Assembly (NCBI RefSeq): GCF_006345805.1
Contig: NC_042998.1
Location: forward strand, 170,252,001-170,316,000
Length of the DNA: 64,000 nucleotides
From: Octopus sinensis
Taxonomy: Eukaryota
Direction of reading: 5' to 3'
Shown: piece by piece, positions 38,497 to 50,639 of the stretch
How positions within the stretch are numbered: position 1 is the first letter of the stretch
Layout of the letters: the number at the start of each line of letters is the position of its first letter
Notes under the pieces: generated by a model
Seen by the model: only the letters and a program-made list of their open reading frames with translations
What the model was told of the DNA's origin: nothing
Database searches by the model: none
Translations under genes and position numbers: made by a program

Positions 38497-38534
<38 letters not shown>

Positions 38535-40075
38535 TACGACAGGCTTCTTCCAGTTTCCGTCCACTCACAAGGCTTTGGTCGGCCCGAGGCTATAGCAGAA
38601 GACACTTGCCCAAGATGCCACGCAGTCGGACTGAACCCGGAACCATGTGGTTGGTAAACAAGCTACTTACCACACAGCCACTCCAGATGAAACTGCTGCT
38701 CAACCTCACCAACAAGTTATATATGGAGCAAGTAATACTCCAACCAATCAACCAACCAACCAGCCAGGGCAAACAATATTCTTGATCTCTGCTTCACAAA
38801 CAATATGGATCTCATTCATATGTGAAAGTGAGACCGACGCTAGTCTCGGATCAGAATATAAATGAGCTGACCATGTATGGACCAAAAGAACCTGCAAACA
38901 TACAGGCTATATGAAGCACCCAGAATCTATCCAAACTGAATTTCCATAAAGCAGATTGGAAATCAATTGAGGAGATCATCGAACAGGAATGGCCCAATAT
39001 CTCTCTATACATGACATTGATATGAAATTCAAAAAATCCATATCCGTAATGCAAGTCATGTGTTACAAGTTGTCCCAGAGGGAAAAGCCACTGTACATAA
39101 GAACAAGATGTCCAAGGAGAGGAAAGTTCTTACGAGAAGGCGTACAAAGATTGCAAACCACCTCAATAAAGAACTCAATGGCAGCGAAAATTTCCGCCTG
39201 GAAACAGCACTGCTGGATATTGGGAAACATTTGAAATGCTCCCATGAAAAAGAAAGAGCAGACAAAGAAGCCCGAGTTATAAAAAATATAAAATCAACCC
39301 CTAAGGCCTTCTTTATGTATGCCAAAGAAACTGCATCTGTGCGCTGCAATGTAGGGCCACTCCTTCAAAAAGATGGTTTCCTCACAGGAAACCTAGTGAA
39401 ACATTGAATGAATAATTCAAAATTTTTCTTACTCCACCCTTACGGCACATGCAAGTCAGCAAACATATAGAATTCCTTACCACTACACATGTAGAAAGGG
39501 AAGCAGTAACAGTTGACTACATCAACATCAAAGAAAAGAATGTAATACTGGTAATAGATGACGTAAACACAAACTCAGCTGCTGGCCTCGATGGATTCCC
39601 AGCAATATTTTTCATGTCATGCAAACGAGCACTTGCAAAACCACTGCAGCTTCTTTTCAGATCTTTCTTGCAAATTGTAAGCTCCTGGGAAAACTGAAAG
39701 CGGGAATAATCTGCCCTATTCATAAAGGAGGAAGTAGAGCAGGTCTCTCTGACAACGCATATCAGCAAAGTTATGGAACGCATAGTCTAAAGGAAACTAA
39801 TTGCATTCCTTGAAGAGAATGACTTAATGACTAACACCCAGCATAGTTTTCGATCGGGTAGAAGCTGCCTGACACAGCTCTTGCAGCACTACGCCTGGGT
39901 GTTAAAGCAGCTGCTCAACAACTCAAATGTAGACGTGATATATCTCGACTTGCAAAAGCCTTTGATAAAGTTGACCATGGTATATGCCACAAGCTGCGTA
40001 TTCTCGGCATAGTCGGAAAACACAGAGAACGGCTACATGGCTTTCTAAAAGATAGAAGTTACATAGTGGTGGTGT
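38090..40075 (+). mobile_element. Degenerate CR1-like LINE interrupted by a SINE
   Basis: YRPP...GGFNLPNVGW; ILDLCF; SAAGLDG; IICPIHKGGS; QHSFRSGRSCLTQLL; VDVIYLD; truncated before YADD. Confidence 0.85.
38275..38685 (-). mobile_element. tRNA-derived SINE, family 1, nested in the LINE
   Basis: Match to family. Confidence 0.9.
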
Positions 40076-41121
40076 TGTAGCGAGAGTCATTGACATTCCT
40101 GGGGGATTGGAAGAATGGACTAGCCGAACTCTTATAAAGATCAGAGGTCGATCAGCTACTACCCTTTTCCCCCTCCGCTATACTCCATTCTAAACACCTC
40201 TCTCATCTGCTGTTATTCTCAATACCCTTCCATATTCATCATCATAACCTACCTGCTACTATAACTCCTTATGTATCCCTATCTCTCCCTCTCCACTGCT
40301 CTTACACCTTAAACATTATCGTACTACTTTCTGTTCTGTTCTCCTTCCTAAGACATGCCCATATCTCCCAATTCTCCACAGCTGCATACAAGTTTTTGTT
40401 CATTATCTGTCACCCTGCTCCTTGTTTTTCATTCACTACACTAACCTCTACCTCCATTTGTCTCTTCTTTCCTCACACTCCCACGAAAGCATTCACTCTC
40501 ATTGGATTCGATTAACTTGTCCTCTTTTATACTCACCTTCTTGCTCCTTGTTTCTTAAGAGTTTGATCTAGCACCCCATCACTACCTTCCTCTTATCTCC
40601 TTCAGCCGTATATTTCCTCTACAGCAACACACCTGTGCTTGTCTTTCTATCACACTTTATCCTTCCAACACCAAGCATACAGTCACTCATCTCCACCTTT
40701 CCCTCTCAAATACTTCTCAGTACAGGGCAACCTGAGTTACGAATGCCTCACATCATGAGCAAATTGTTTTACAAACTACTTTTGGACTTAAAATGTGCTG
40801 GGTGACAAATGGTGAATGATGGATACTGATATTTCACTGTTATTTCAATTCATCAATAATGTAGACTTGAGTTACCTTAAAATGAATTTGAATCACTGGT
40901 CTGAGGCAGATAGTGTAAAATCTATGTTGTGATGTGCAACAGTGCTGCACAAGCGGTGTTGATGATTTCTTTTCCTTCTTTGAACTTTTCACTTTCTCTT
41001 TTCTAACAAAGAGCTATGCTTGAAATGTCAAATTCTCTCTTTACACCGAGCATCAAGCTAATACATTCCATGTGCACGTCCTCTTCTTGTCCGTTAATTT
41101 TACTTGTTTATTTGAATTGAC

Positions 41122-41176
<55 letters not shown>

Positions 41177-41182
41177 TATATA

Positions 41183-41229
<47 letters not shown>

Positions 41230-41944
41230 ATATATATATATATACACGAGGGTAATCCCCCAAAATAAGGTCTCCAAAGTGCCGGGGATGCAGGGAAACT
41301 GTGCGTGCAGCTATTGACAGCACTGTTGTGTTTGTGTGCATGCGCCTGCACGCTTCGCTGTCATGCTCAGTTTTGGCTTGGCAGTTGTATCTGATGGAGA
41401 TCCTGATTGACACTACCACCAAGTGTGAAGTTCGCACAGTTATTTGGTTTTTGAACGCAAAAGGCATTAAACCGATTGAAATTCATCACCAGTTGACATA
41501 TGTGAATGGCGAGTCGTGCATGGTTGTCAAAAACGTCCACAAGTGGTGTAGGGAGTTTGCAGCTGGTCGTACTGAAATTCATGATGAAGAAAGAAGTAGG
41601 CAAACATCAATTTCCGACGAGACAGTCGCGATGGTTGAGTAAATCCTGCATGGAAATCACGCTCGATGATCTCCGTATTTTGGTTCCTGGGGTTTCCTGA
41701 AACACCATTCATAGGGTTTTGTGTGAAAGGTTGCAATATCGGAGGGTGTGCGCAAGATGGTTCCCGCGAATGCTCACAGAAAACCATAAACAGCAACGAA
41801 GGCCATAAATGGGACATCATCACCCACCCACCTTATAGTCCGGACTTGGAACCCAGTGACTAACACCTGTTCCCTAAGTTGAAAGAACATTTGGCCGGAA
41901 TACGCTTCAGCAACGACGACGAGGTGAGAGATGAAGTTCAATGC

Positions 41945-42410
41945 TTCCTCAATCACCGGCGCCCATTATCGACCCTATCACATCACCGACTCCTTCACCT
42001 ACACTTCTACCAATTTCATCTACTGCATCTCCTGCTCTCTCTGCTCTTCTCTATACATCGGGCAAATGGGACGCCGTTTGGCTGATTGGTTCGCGGAACA
42101 CCTCCGAGACATCCGACACGGCAATGACACCCTGGTCTCGCGCCATTTCTGCTCTACCGGTCACTCTTTGCAACACCTGTTTGTGTTCGGATTGTCCTTG
42201 CACAGGGGCCTTCCGGACTCCCGTTTGCACTGTGAACAGGGATTAATCTTCTCTCCTTGTTTCTTTCTGTGTTCCTTTCTGTGAAAGAGCGTAGGCTCGA
42301 AACGTTAAAGACTTTTTCACTTCCCGAGCGATAAACTAATATATCTGTTTGTTGTCTACACCACCTGTCTTTTGTTTAGTTTTTTTTTTGTGAATTCTCC
42401 CCATCATTGA
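41945..42410 (+). mobile_element. Penelope-like element 3' fragment (GIY-YIG endonuclease plus pLTR)
   Basis: FTYTSTNFIYCISCSLCSSLYIGQMGRRLADWFAEH...VSRHF...CEQGLIF. Confidence 0.85.
42275..42310 (+). ncRNA. Minimal hammerhead-like motif in the PLE pLTR (family E, variant core)
   Basis: CTTT-CTGTGAAA-GAGC-GTAG-GCTC-GAAAC-GT-T-AAAG; core deviates from CUGANGA; degraded relative at ~41005-41040. Confidence 0.4.
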
Positions 42411-43128
42411 TAATATACGTTTCTGTGATTTTTAAATAAATATTTTTGGAGACCTTACTTTTGGGAGTATCCTCGTATATACATATAAAGTTATAAATAA
42501 TGAGAGAAACACAGTATGATTTTCTTCCCTCCATACACACACAAGCATGTATCTGACTCATACATTGTTCGCTTTCCAGACTTTATACGCACTTTCTGAC
42601 AAGTTGTGGTGCACCTGAGCACTGTATACAATACTTTCATTATTATTATTATTATATAAATTCTTATTGTTACATACATTTTCCCAATCATTGTGAGTCA
42701 CCACTTAGAGCTCTCAGGAAATGAAATTTGCAGAGCAGAATAAATTTTAAATCACAGTGTATGGATTCTACTAATTCAGTGGTACTCATAAAAAAATAAT
42801 GTTCTTTATTGTATGTAAATACTGGATATTATTTACTTTAGAATTGATCAGAATGACACGTGGAAGACGAGCGGGACCGTAATTCATTGTTCCTGGAATT
42901 GAAGTCCTCAACCGTGAATCAATCTTGGAGGAACCTTGGAATATCACCCAATTAGCTGTGTTTATGCTTGTGTGTATTTTTGTTATTTTTTATTTGCCCT
43001 GTCCGTGTGAGCTAACAGTCGTACTGACTTCATGGGAAACATGTATTTTCGTGGTTGAAACCTTTTGGTTAACTGGTGCTAGAGTGAGCAATATAGTGAC
43101 CACTCTCTTATATTATATATTATATATA

Positions 43129-43160
<32 letters not shown>

Positions 43161-43196
43161 TATATTATATATATATATATATATATAATATATATG

Positions 43197-43234
<38 letters not shown>

Positions 43235-43353
43235 GTATATATATATGTATATATATATGTGTGCCCCAGCATGGCCACAGCTCATAAGCTGAAACTAGAA
43301 TCAATCAATCAATCATATATATATATAATATGTAATATATATATTTATATATG

Positions 43354-43384
<31 letters not shown>

Positions 43385-43457
43385 ATATATATAATATATA
43401 TATTATATATATAATATATTATATATATATAATATATATATTTTATTATATAGAAGG

Positions 43458-43507
43458 AGCTTCTACAGGACTAGAACTGTTTCATTCAAGAGAATCTTCA
43501 AGGAAGC
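43458..43507 (-). ncRNA. Candidate hammerhead ribozyme (family A)
   Basis: Minus strand AGCTTC-CTGAAGA-TTCTCTTGAAT-GAAA-CAG-TTCTAGTC-CTG-TA-GAAGCT. Confidence 0.55.
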
Positions 43508-43676
43508 TAGTTAACAAGAATTGTATTGGCATTTATACATTTAGGCAGGTTTAAAGGGGTGTGGTGGGGGACTTTTTGGGGGTAGGCATAGCGCAAAAAA
43601 TCATACTTGGGGGAGTGGTCAAGGAGTCAGTGTTAAATTAGATAGGAGAATAAATAAAAAATAAAAAATAAAAAAT

Positions 43677-43713
<37 letters not shown>

Positions 43714-43845
43714 AAATAACAAATAAAAATATAAAATATAAAAGATAAAAAATAAAAAAAAAATAAAAAATAAAAAATAGAAAAAAAAATTAAAAATAAA
43801 AATATAAAAAAATATGTAAAAAAAAAAAAAAATAAAAATAAAAAT

Positions 43846-43907
<62 letters not shown>

Positions 43908-44768
43908 GTATAAAGGGGGGGAATAGAGTTTTAGGTAAATAAGGAGATTCTCACTTATACCTCTACACATACACACATATATATACATCACACATACATA
44001 TACATATCTACACATACACATATACATGTATACATACACACACTCACTTGCATACACGTATACACACATGTATATATACACACACGACCACACATACATA
44101 TACACACAGAAAATATATATATATAACACATACCACACATCTACTCACATACACGCATACACACACAATCCATACACACACATGCACACACAGCACACTA
44201 GTCCCTATATACACATATATACACATACACACATATATATACACCCACACATACACATACATACACATATATATACATACATACACATACATATACACAT
44301 ATATATACATACACATATATTATATATACACATATATATACATATGTGTACCCATGCATACCTACACATACACACATATATATATACATATACATATACA
44401 GATACAGACCCATTCCCTAATTTTAATTTTATTATCTTCGTTTATTACTTTTGTTATCTTTGGCCGCTTGGTCACAAACATCTTGGCTATGACAGCCAGA
44501 CCATTTATCCGTCTACTGGAAACAATTACTCATTCACTCACGCACACTCTTTAGCACGTACACTCACTCATTCGTACACTCATACGCATACACGCACGCA
44601 CGCGTTATATTCATACATACATACATCTACATACATTCACGTATATACACATACGTACGCGTACCTACAGATTCATGTCTACACTCTTAGAAGGCTAGTC
44701 TATACATATACACCAATAAATATAAATACACACACATACATGTACACCTACATACATACTACATGTAC

Positions 44769-44843
<75 letters not shown>

Positions 44844-45165
44844 TATACGCGTACCTACAGATTCATGTCTACACTCTTAGAAGGCTAGTCTATCATATAC
44901 ACCCATAAATATAATACACACACATACATACATGTACACCTACATACCAATACATACATGTACACATATACATACATATATATATCTATGTGTGTAAGTT
45001 TATTATATGTATGTATCCGTCTATATAATAGGTAACTGCACGTACATATACTTAATATTTATTTATTTTTGAGTATGCATGTATGAATAACTGCGCGTAT
45101 ATATTTACTATTTACTTATTTTTGAGTATGCATGTTAGTATGAATATATATTATGTATATATATG

Positions 45166-45237
<72 letters not shown>

Positions 45238-45361
45238 ATGTGTACATGTATGTATTGTATGTAGGTGTACATGTATGTATGTGTGTGTATTTATATTATG
45301 GGTGTATATGTATAGACTAGCCTTCTAAGAGTGTAGACATGATCTGTAGGTACGCGTATAT

Positions 45362-45418
<57 letters not shown>

Positions 45419-45578
45419 ATATAATATAAGAGAGTGGTCACTATATTGCTCACTCTAGCACCAGTTAATCCAAAAGGTTTCAACCACGAAAATACATGTT
45501 TCCCATGAAAGTCAGTACGACTGTTAGCTCACACGGACAGGGCAAATAAAAAAAAAATAACAAAAATACAGATTATTT

Positions 45579-45652
45579 TGGGACAATTGTTTCGCTATTA
45601 ATGAATTAAATGTAATATTACTTACAAAAATCCATTTGTAGCTCGTCAGCCA
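45579..45652 (-). ncRNA. Candidate type-I hammerhead ribozyme (family C)
   Basis: Minus strand TGG-CTGACGA-GCTA-(41 nt)-TAGC-GAAA-C-AATT-GTC-CCA; canonical core, G10.1-C11.1, GUC cleavage. Confidence 0.7.
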
Positions 45653-45847
45653 GACTATCTGGATGAAATCCACTCAATCACACGCCAGATTTTACCATAA
45701 CGATAAATACGCGTGTGGTTCAATTGATTACATCCGACGTTATAATTCAAATGCCCCAACCAACAGCGCGCCAAACTTTCACGGAAAACAAATACAGCAT
45801 TTAGAAATAAATGCAGCATAATTATAATTAATTAACACCCTTATTAA

Positions 45848-45932
<85 letters not shown>

Positions 45933-47184
45933 TGTATGTATTTGTATGTAGGTGTACATGTATGTGTGTGTATTTATATTTATTGGTGTATATGTATAGA
46001 CTAGCCTTCTAAGAGTGTAGACATGAATCTGTAGGTACGCGTACGTATGTGTATATACGTGAATGTATGTAGATGTATGTATGTATGAATATAACGCGTG
46101 CGTGCGTGTATGCGTATGAGTGTACGAATGAGTGAGTGTACGTGCTAAAGAGTGTGCGTGAGTGAATGAGTAATTGTTTTCCAGTAGACGGATAAATGGT
46201 CTGGCTGTCATAGCCAGATGTTTGTGACCAAGCGGCCAAAGATAACAAAAGTAATAAACGAAGATAATAAAATTAAAATTAGGGAAGGGGTCTGTATTTG
46301 TATATGTATATATATATGTGTGTATGTGTAGGTATGCATGGGTACACATATGTATATATATGTGTATATATATATATGTGTATGTATATATATGTGTATA
46401 TGTATGTGTATGTATGTATATATATTTGTATGTATGTGTTATGTGTGGTGTATATATATGTGTGTATGTGTTATATGTGTATATAGGGACTAGTTGTGCT
46501 GTGTGTGCATGTGTGTGTATGGATTTGTGTGTGTATGCGTGTATGTGAGTAGATGTGTGTGTATGTGTATATATATATTTTTCTGTGTGTATATGTATGT
46601 TGGTCGTGTGTGTATATATACAGTGTGTATACGTGTATGCAAGTGAGTGTGTGTATGTATACATGTATATGTGTATGTGTAGATATGTATATGTATGTGT
46701 GATTGTATATATATGTTGTGTATGTGTAGAGGTATAAGTGAGAATCTCCTTATTACCTAAAACTCTATTCCCCCCCTTTATACATATATATATATATATA
46801 TATAATATATATATATTATATATATATATATTTTTTTTTTTTTTAAATTTTACATATTTTTTTTATATTTTTTATTTTTAATTTTCTTTTCTATTTTTTT
46901 TTTTTTTTTTATTTTTTATTTTTTATTTTTTATTTTTTATTTTTATATTTTATATTTTATTTTTTATTTGTTATTTTTTTTATTTTTTATTTTTTATTTT
47001 TTATTTTTTTTTTATTTTTTATTTTTTATTTTTTATTTATTCTCCTATCTAATTTAACACTGACTCCTTGACCACTCCCCCAAGTATGATTTTTTGCGCT
47101 ATGCCTACCCCCAAAAAGTCCCCCACCAACACCCCTTTAATAAACCTCCTAAATGTATAAATGCCAATACAATTCTTGTTAACT

Positions 47185-47235
47185 AGCTTCCTGAAGATTT
47201 CTCTTGAATGAAACAGTTCTAGTCCTGTAGAAGCT
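47185..47235 (+). ncRNA. Candidate hammerhead ribozyme (family A)
   Basis: AGCTTC-CTGAAGA-T(TTC-TCTT-GAA)T-GAAA-CAG-TTCTAGTC-CTG-TA-GAAGCT. Confidence 0.65.
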
Positions 47236-47437
47236 CCTTCTATATAATAAATTAATTTTACTCTGCTATGTATTGAGTACCTTATTTACTGTGGTTAACC
47301 CCGAATCAACCCGGGACCTACATATATATATATATATAATATATATATATATACATATATATATACATATATATATACATACATATATATATACATATAT
47401 ATATATATATCTATATATATTATATAATATTATATAT

Positions 47438-47483
<46 letters not shown>

Positions 47484-47614
47484 TCTTATAGATATAAGAT
47501 AACCGCTCTGCCGCTGGTCAGCTCCATGAGGCACCGCCTTAAGATAGCTATTGATACACGATCTGTATCCATTCGAACAGAGACGTCAGTGGCGACACTG
47601 CGGGGTCTGACTGC

Positions 47615-47654
47615 GCTACATTGACAGGGCAATACCCCGAAACGCGTCTGTAGC
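47615..47654 (+). ncRNA. Candidate minimal hammerhead ribozyme (family B, variant core)
   Basis: GCTACA-TTGACA-GGG-CAATAC-CCC-GAAAC-GC-GTC-TGTAGC; 6-bp stem I, palindromic ACGCGT stem III, GUC cleavage. Confidence 0.65.
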
Positions 47655-47895
47655 TGTCGGACTGGCAGTGTGAAGCGGCTGACCTCCCTTGTTCGAAGGT
47701 TATAATGGATACAGATCGTGTATCAATAGCTATCTTAAGGCGGTGGCCTCATGGAGCTGACCAGCGGCAGCGGTTATTCTTATATCTATAAGAATGCCAT
47801 ATTAATATGGCGATAACAATTAATTTCCAGTAAACGCTGTCGTAATCTCTTTTATAGAGACTTAGTAATTTTAATATTTCTATTATATATATATA

Positions 47896-48740
47896 CTAGC
47901 AGAATTGCCCGGCGTTGCTCGGGGCTGAATTGCTTGAAAGTACTGTTAATGATTGCACTGAATTATGATGATTATTCAGGCAAATATTGATATAAGCTTA
48001 CGGTGGGAGATAAGGACTTAGCGATCAAACGTGTGCCATTGCATTGTTTTGGGGGAACCAAATTTCTGATGAGCATTATAGGGGCACCAACTTTAAGTTT
48101 GAGAAAGTGTGGTGGTAGTCCGGGGTGCTCAAAGGAATTGAGTACCTCTATTGGATAGTTGATGACGTCCTCTGCGTCAGGAGTTGTATCGATAGACTGA
48201 TATACATAGACTTCCCCAGGAATAAGTTTTAGCATTTCATCATTAATATGGTGAACAGTTTTATTCCTCGGGGCCAGTATAGCCTTTTTGCCAATCCAAT
48301 CCATATTCTGATAATTAGCTTGTAGATCTGGGAACAATGCATCTCTGAGATCAGAAGGCGTCTTAACAATGGTACAAATGGAATCGATGGCAATATTACC
48401 ATTTTCATCCCCTGGTATTTTGCCTTCGCCAAGTGCAAGGAGGGTGTGAGGAAATGCTGCTGATGTGATATTACGTCGCATATGAGCACGCATATTGGTG
48501 TGAAGTTTGAGAGTTACTTCCGTTTATTTTTAAAAATATGCATTAAAATGGAAAAAAATGATGGTAAATTATTTGTAAAATCATAGACTCATCGTAGACG
48601 CGCGCTAATACCCAGAAGGGCTCGATATGAATCACGACTATAAGATACCCGGTTTTGGTTAAACTGCATCGCAAAATGTGGGAGTAGTTAGGAATCTAAA
48701 TCGGAGTAGACAGACACACAACCTTTCTTTTATATATAAA
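47896..48740 (-). mobile_element. Helitron deletion derivative (family H1) retaining a PIF1-like helicase fragment
   Basis: ORF 47972-48493 with AILAPRN, GLPPHFLKLKVGAPIMLIRNL and CNGTRL; same 3' hairpin plus CTAG and same ~190-bp 5' region as the 10255 and 54350 copies. Confidence 0.9.
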
Positions 48741-48742
48741 TA

Positions 48743-50139
48743 TTTTCGTCCTAAAAAACTTTGTATGGATTGAATGGTTACCTCTATGGAAATATATACA
48801 CACACATTATACATACATCTGTGTATAGATGAATATATAAATACATTTAAATATTTATATACACTTTTGGGCGATCTTTCTGTTTCTTAGAGATAACTTT
48901 AGATCTTATTTCCGTCCTAAAAAAACTTTGTATGGAGTGAATGGTTACCTCTATGGAAATATATACACACACGTTATACATACATGTGTGCATAGATGAA
49001 TATATAAATACATTTATATATCTATATACACTTTTGGGCGATCTCTGTGCTACTCAGAGATAACTTTCGATCTTATTTTCGTCCTAAAAAACTTTGTGCG
49101 AGTGAATGGTTACGTGTATGGAAATATATACACACACATTATACATACATCTGTGTATAGATGAATATATAAATACATTTAAATATCTATATACACTTTT
49201 GGGCGATCTTTCTGCTACTTGGATATAGGGGCGATGTTTCGCTTGTCGTAGCACACGTTTCCGTCGATTTCCGTAAAAAATGTAAACACTGAATCGGCCA
49301 TACATACATACATACACACACACATACATACACACACACACACACACATACATGCATACATACATATAAACATACACCGAGTAAAAAATTTCAGTTATCT
49401 CTCTCTTTCACACATTACTCTCTCTGTCTCTTCACACACACTAACAGAAGCACTTCACTTACACAACATACTGTCTGTCTCCCACACTCCATCAAACACA
49501 CACACACACACACACATGTACATCAATGCGTCCCATGCACGGTAACTTCAAAAGAACTTCCCTCGTCATACAATCGCTTTCTCTTAGTCTCTTTCGCTCT
49601 CATTACTTATGTAAAAAAATAAAAGTTTTTTACGGAAATCGACGGAAACCTGTGCTACGACGAGCGAAACATCGCCGATATAGGTTTTATATTCGTCCTA
49701 AAATACTTTCCTGTCACACACTCACGCACACGCACGCACGCACACACACACACACACGCACCCTCACACACACACACACGCACACACACACTCACACACA
49801 CGAACGTTAGCTTACAATTTTATTTATATATTTGCGTGTCTATGTGTGTAAAGAGGAAGTGGCAGACTGAAAGAGTCACTCACTCGTTGCACACTGTGTG
49901 TGTGTGTGTGCGTGTGGTGTAAAACACATTAAGAAAAGCATTTGACATACACACCAGAATGTGAGTTTTCTGTAAATTTTGCTTAATTGGAGTTTAAATT
50001 TTAAAAAGTGGACCTGGCAAAACCCGATGTATTCTACTCTTAAAAATGCTAAGTAAATTGTAATTGAAGAAATCCTATATTGTAGATTTCTATAACTGAC
50101 AAAGGGAGGCAGATAAAATCTGCCTTTTATAATAAGAGA
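48743..50139 (-). mobile_element. Helitron-like element with a ~166-bp internal minisatellite
   Basis: 5' A|TCTCTTATTATAAAAGGCAG; units at ~48743, 48908 and 49075; homologous to the element starting at 63141; 3' end not seen. Confidence 0.6.
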
Positions 50140-50144
50140 TATAT

Positions 50145-50180
<36 letters not shown>

Positions 50181-50197
50181 TATAATATATATATTAT

Positions 50198-50261
<64 letters not shown>

Positions 50262-50262
50262 C

Positions 50263-50350
<88 letters not shown>

Positions 50351-50354
<4 letters not shown>

Positions 50355-50600
50355 GTTATCGCCATATTAATATGGCATTCTTATAGATATAAGAATAATC
50401 GCTGCCGCTGGTCAGCTCCATGAGGCCACCGCCTTAAGATAGCTATCTTAAGGCGGTGGCCTCATGGAGCTGACCAGCGGCAGCGATTATTCTTATATCT
50501 ATAAGAATGCCATATTAATATGGCGATAAAAATTAATTTCCAGTAAATGCTGTCGTAATCTCTTTTATAGAGACTTAGTAATTTTAATATTTCTATTATA
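50351..50600 (+). mobile_element. Family-B tail with a perfect snap-back palindrome (50351-50534)
   Basis: Same tail as 47710-47885; loop-less centre ATAGCTAT. Confidence 0.85.
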
Positions 50601-50639
50601 TATATATATATATATATAATTTAATAAGTAATAAAGTAA

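Larger units (their letters stand above)
41245..42477 (+). mobile_element. Mariner (DD34D) transposon, internally deleted, carrying a PLE insertion
   Basis: Imperfect ~30-bp TIRs (cacgagggtaatccc..aaggtctcc / ggagacctt..atcctcgta), TA TSD; EVRTVIWFLNAKG...KWCREFAAGRTEIHDEERS; HPPYSPDLEPSD. Confidence 0.9.
43445..47250. repeat. Complex inverted duplication (43445-44760 vs 45925-47250; also 42975-43110 vs 45430-45570)
   Basis: Direct reverse-complement matches; most junctions fall in (TA)n. Confidence 0.85.

Noticed and set aside
42862-42935. Possible decayed family-C hammerhead (AAGACGA-GCGG...CCGT-GAAT)
   Set aside because: Several core positions differ; cannot be distinguished from chance without a consensus.
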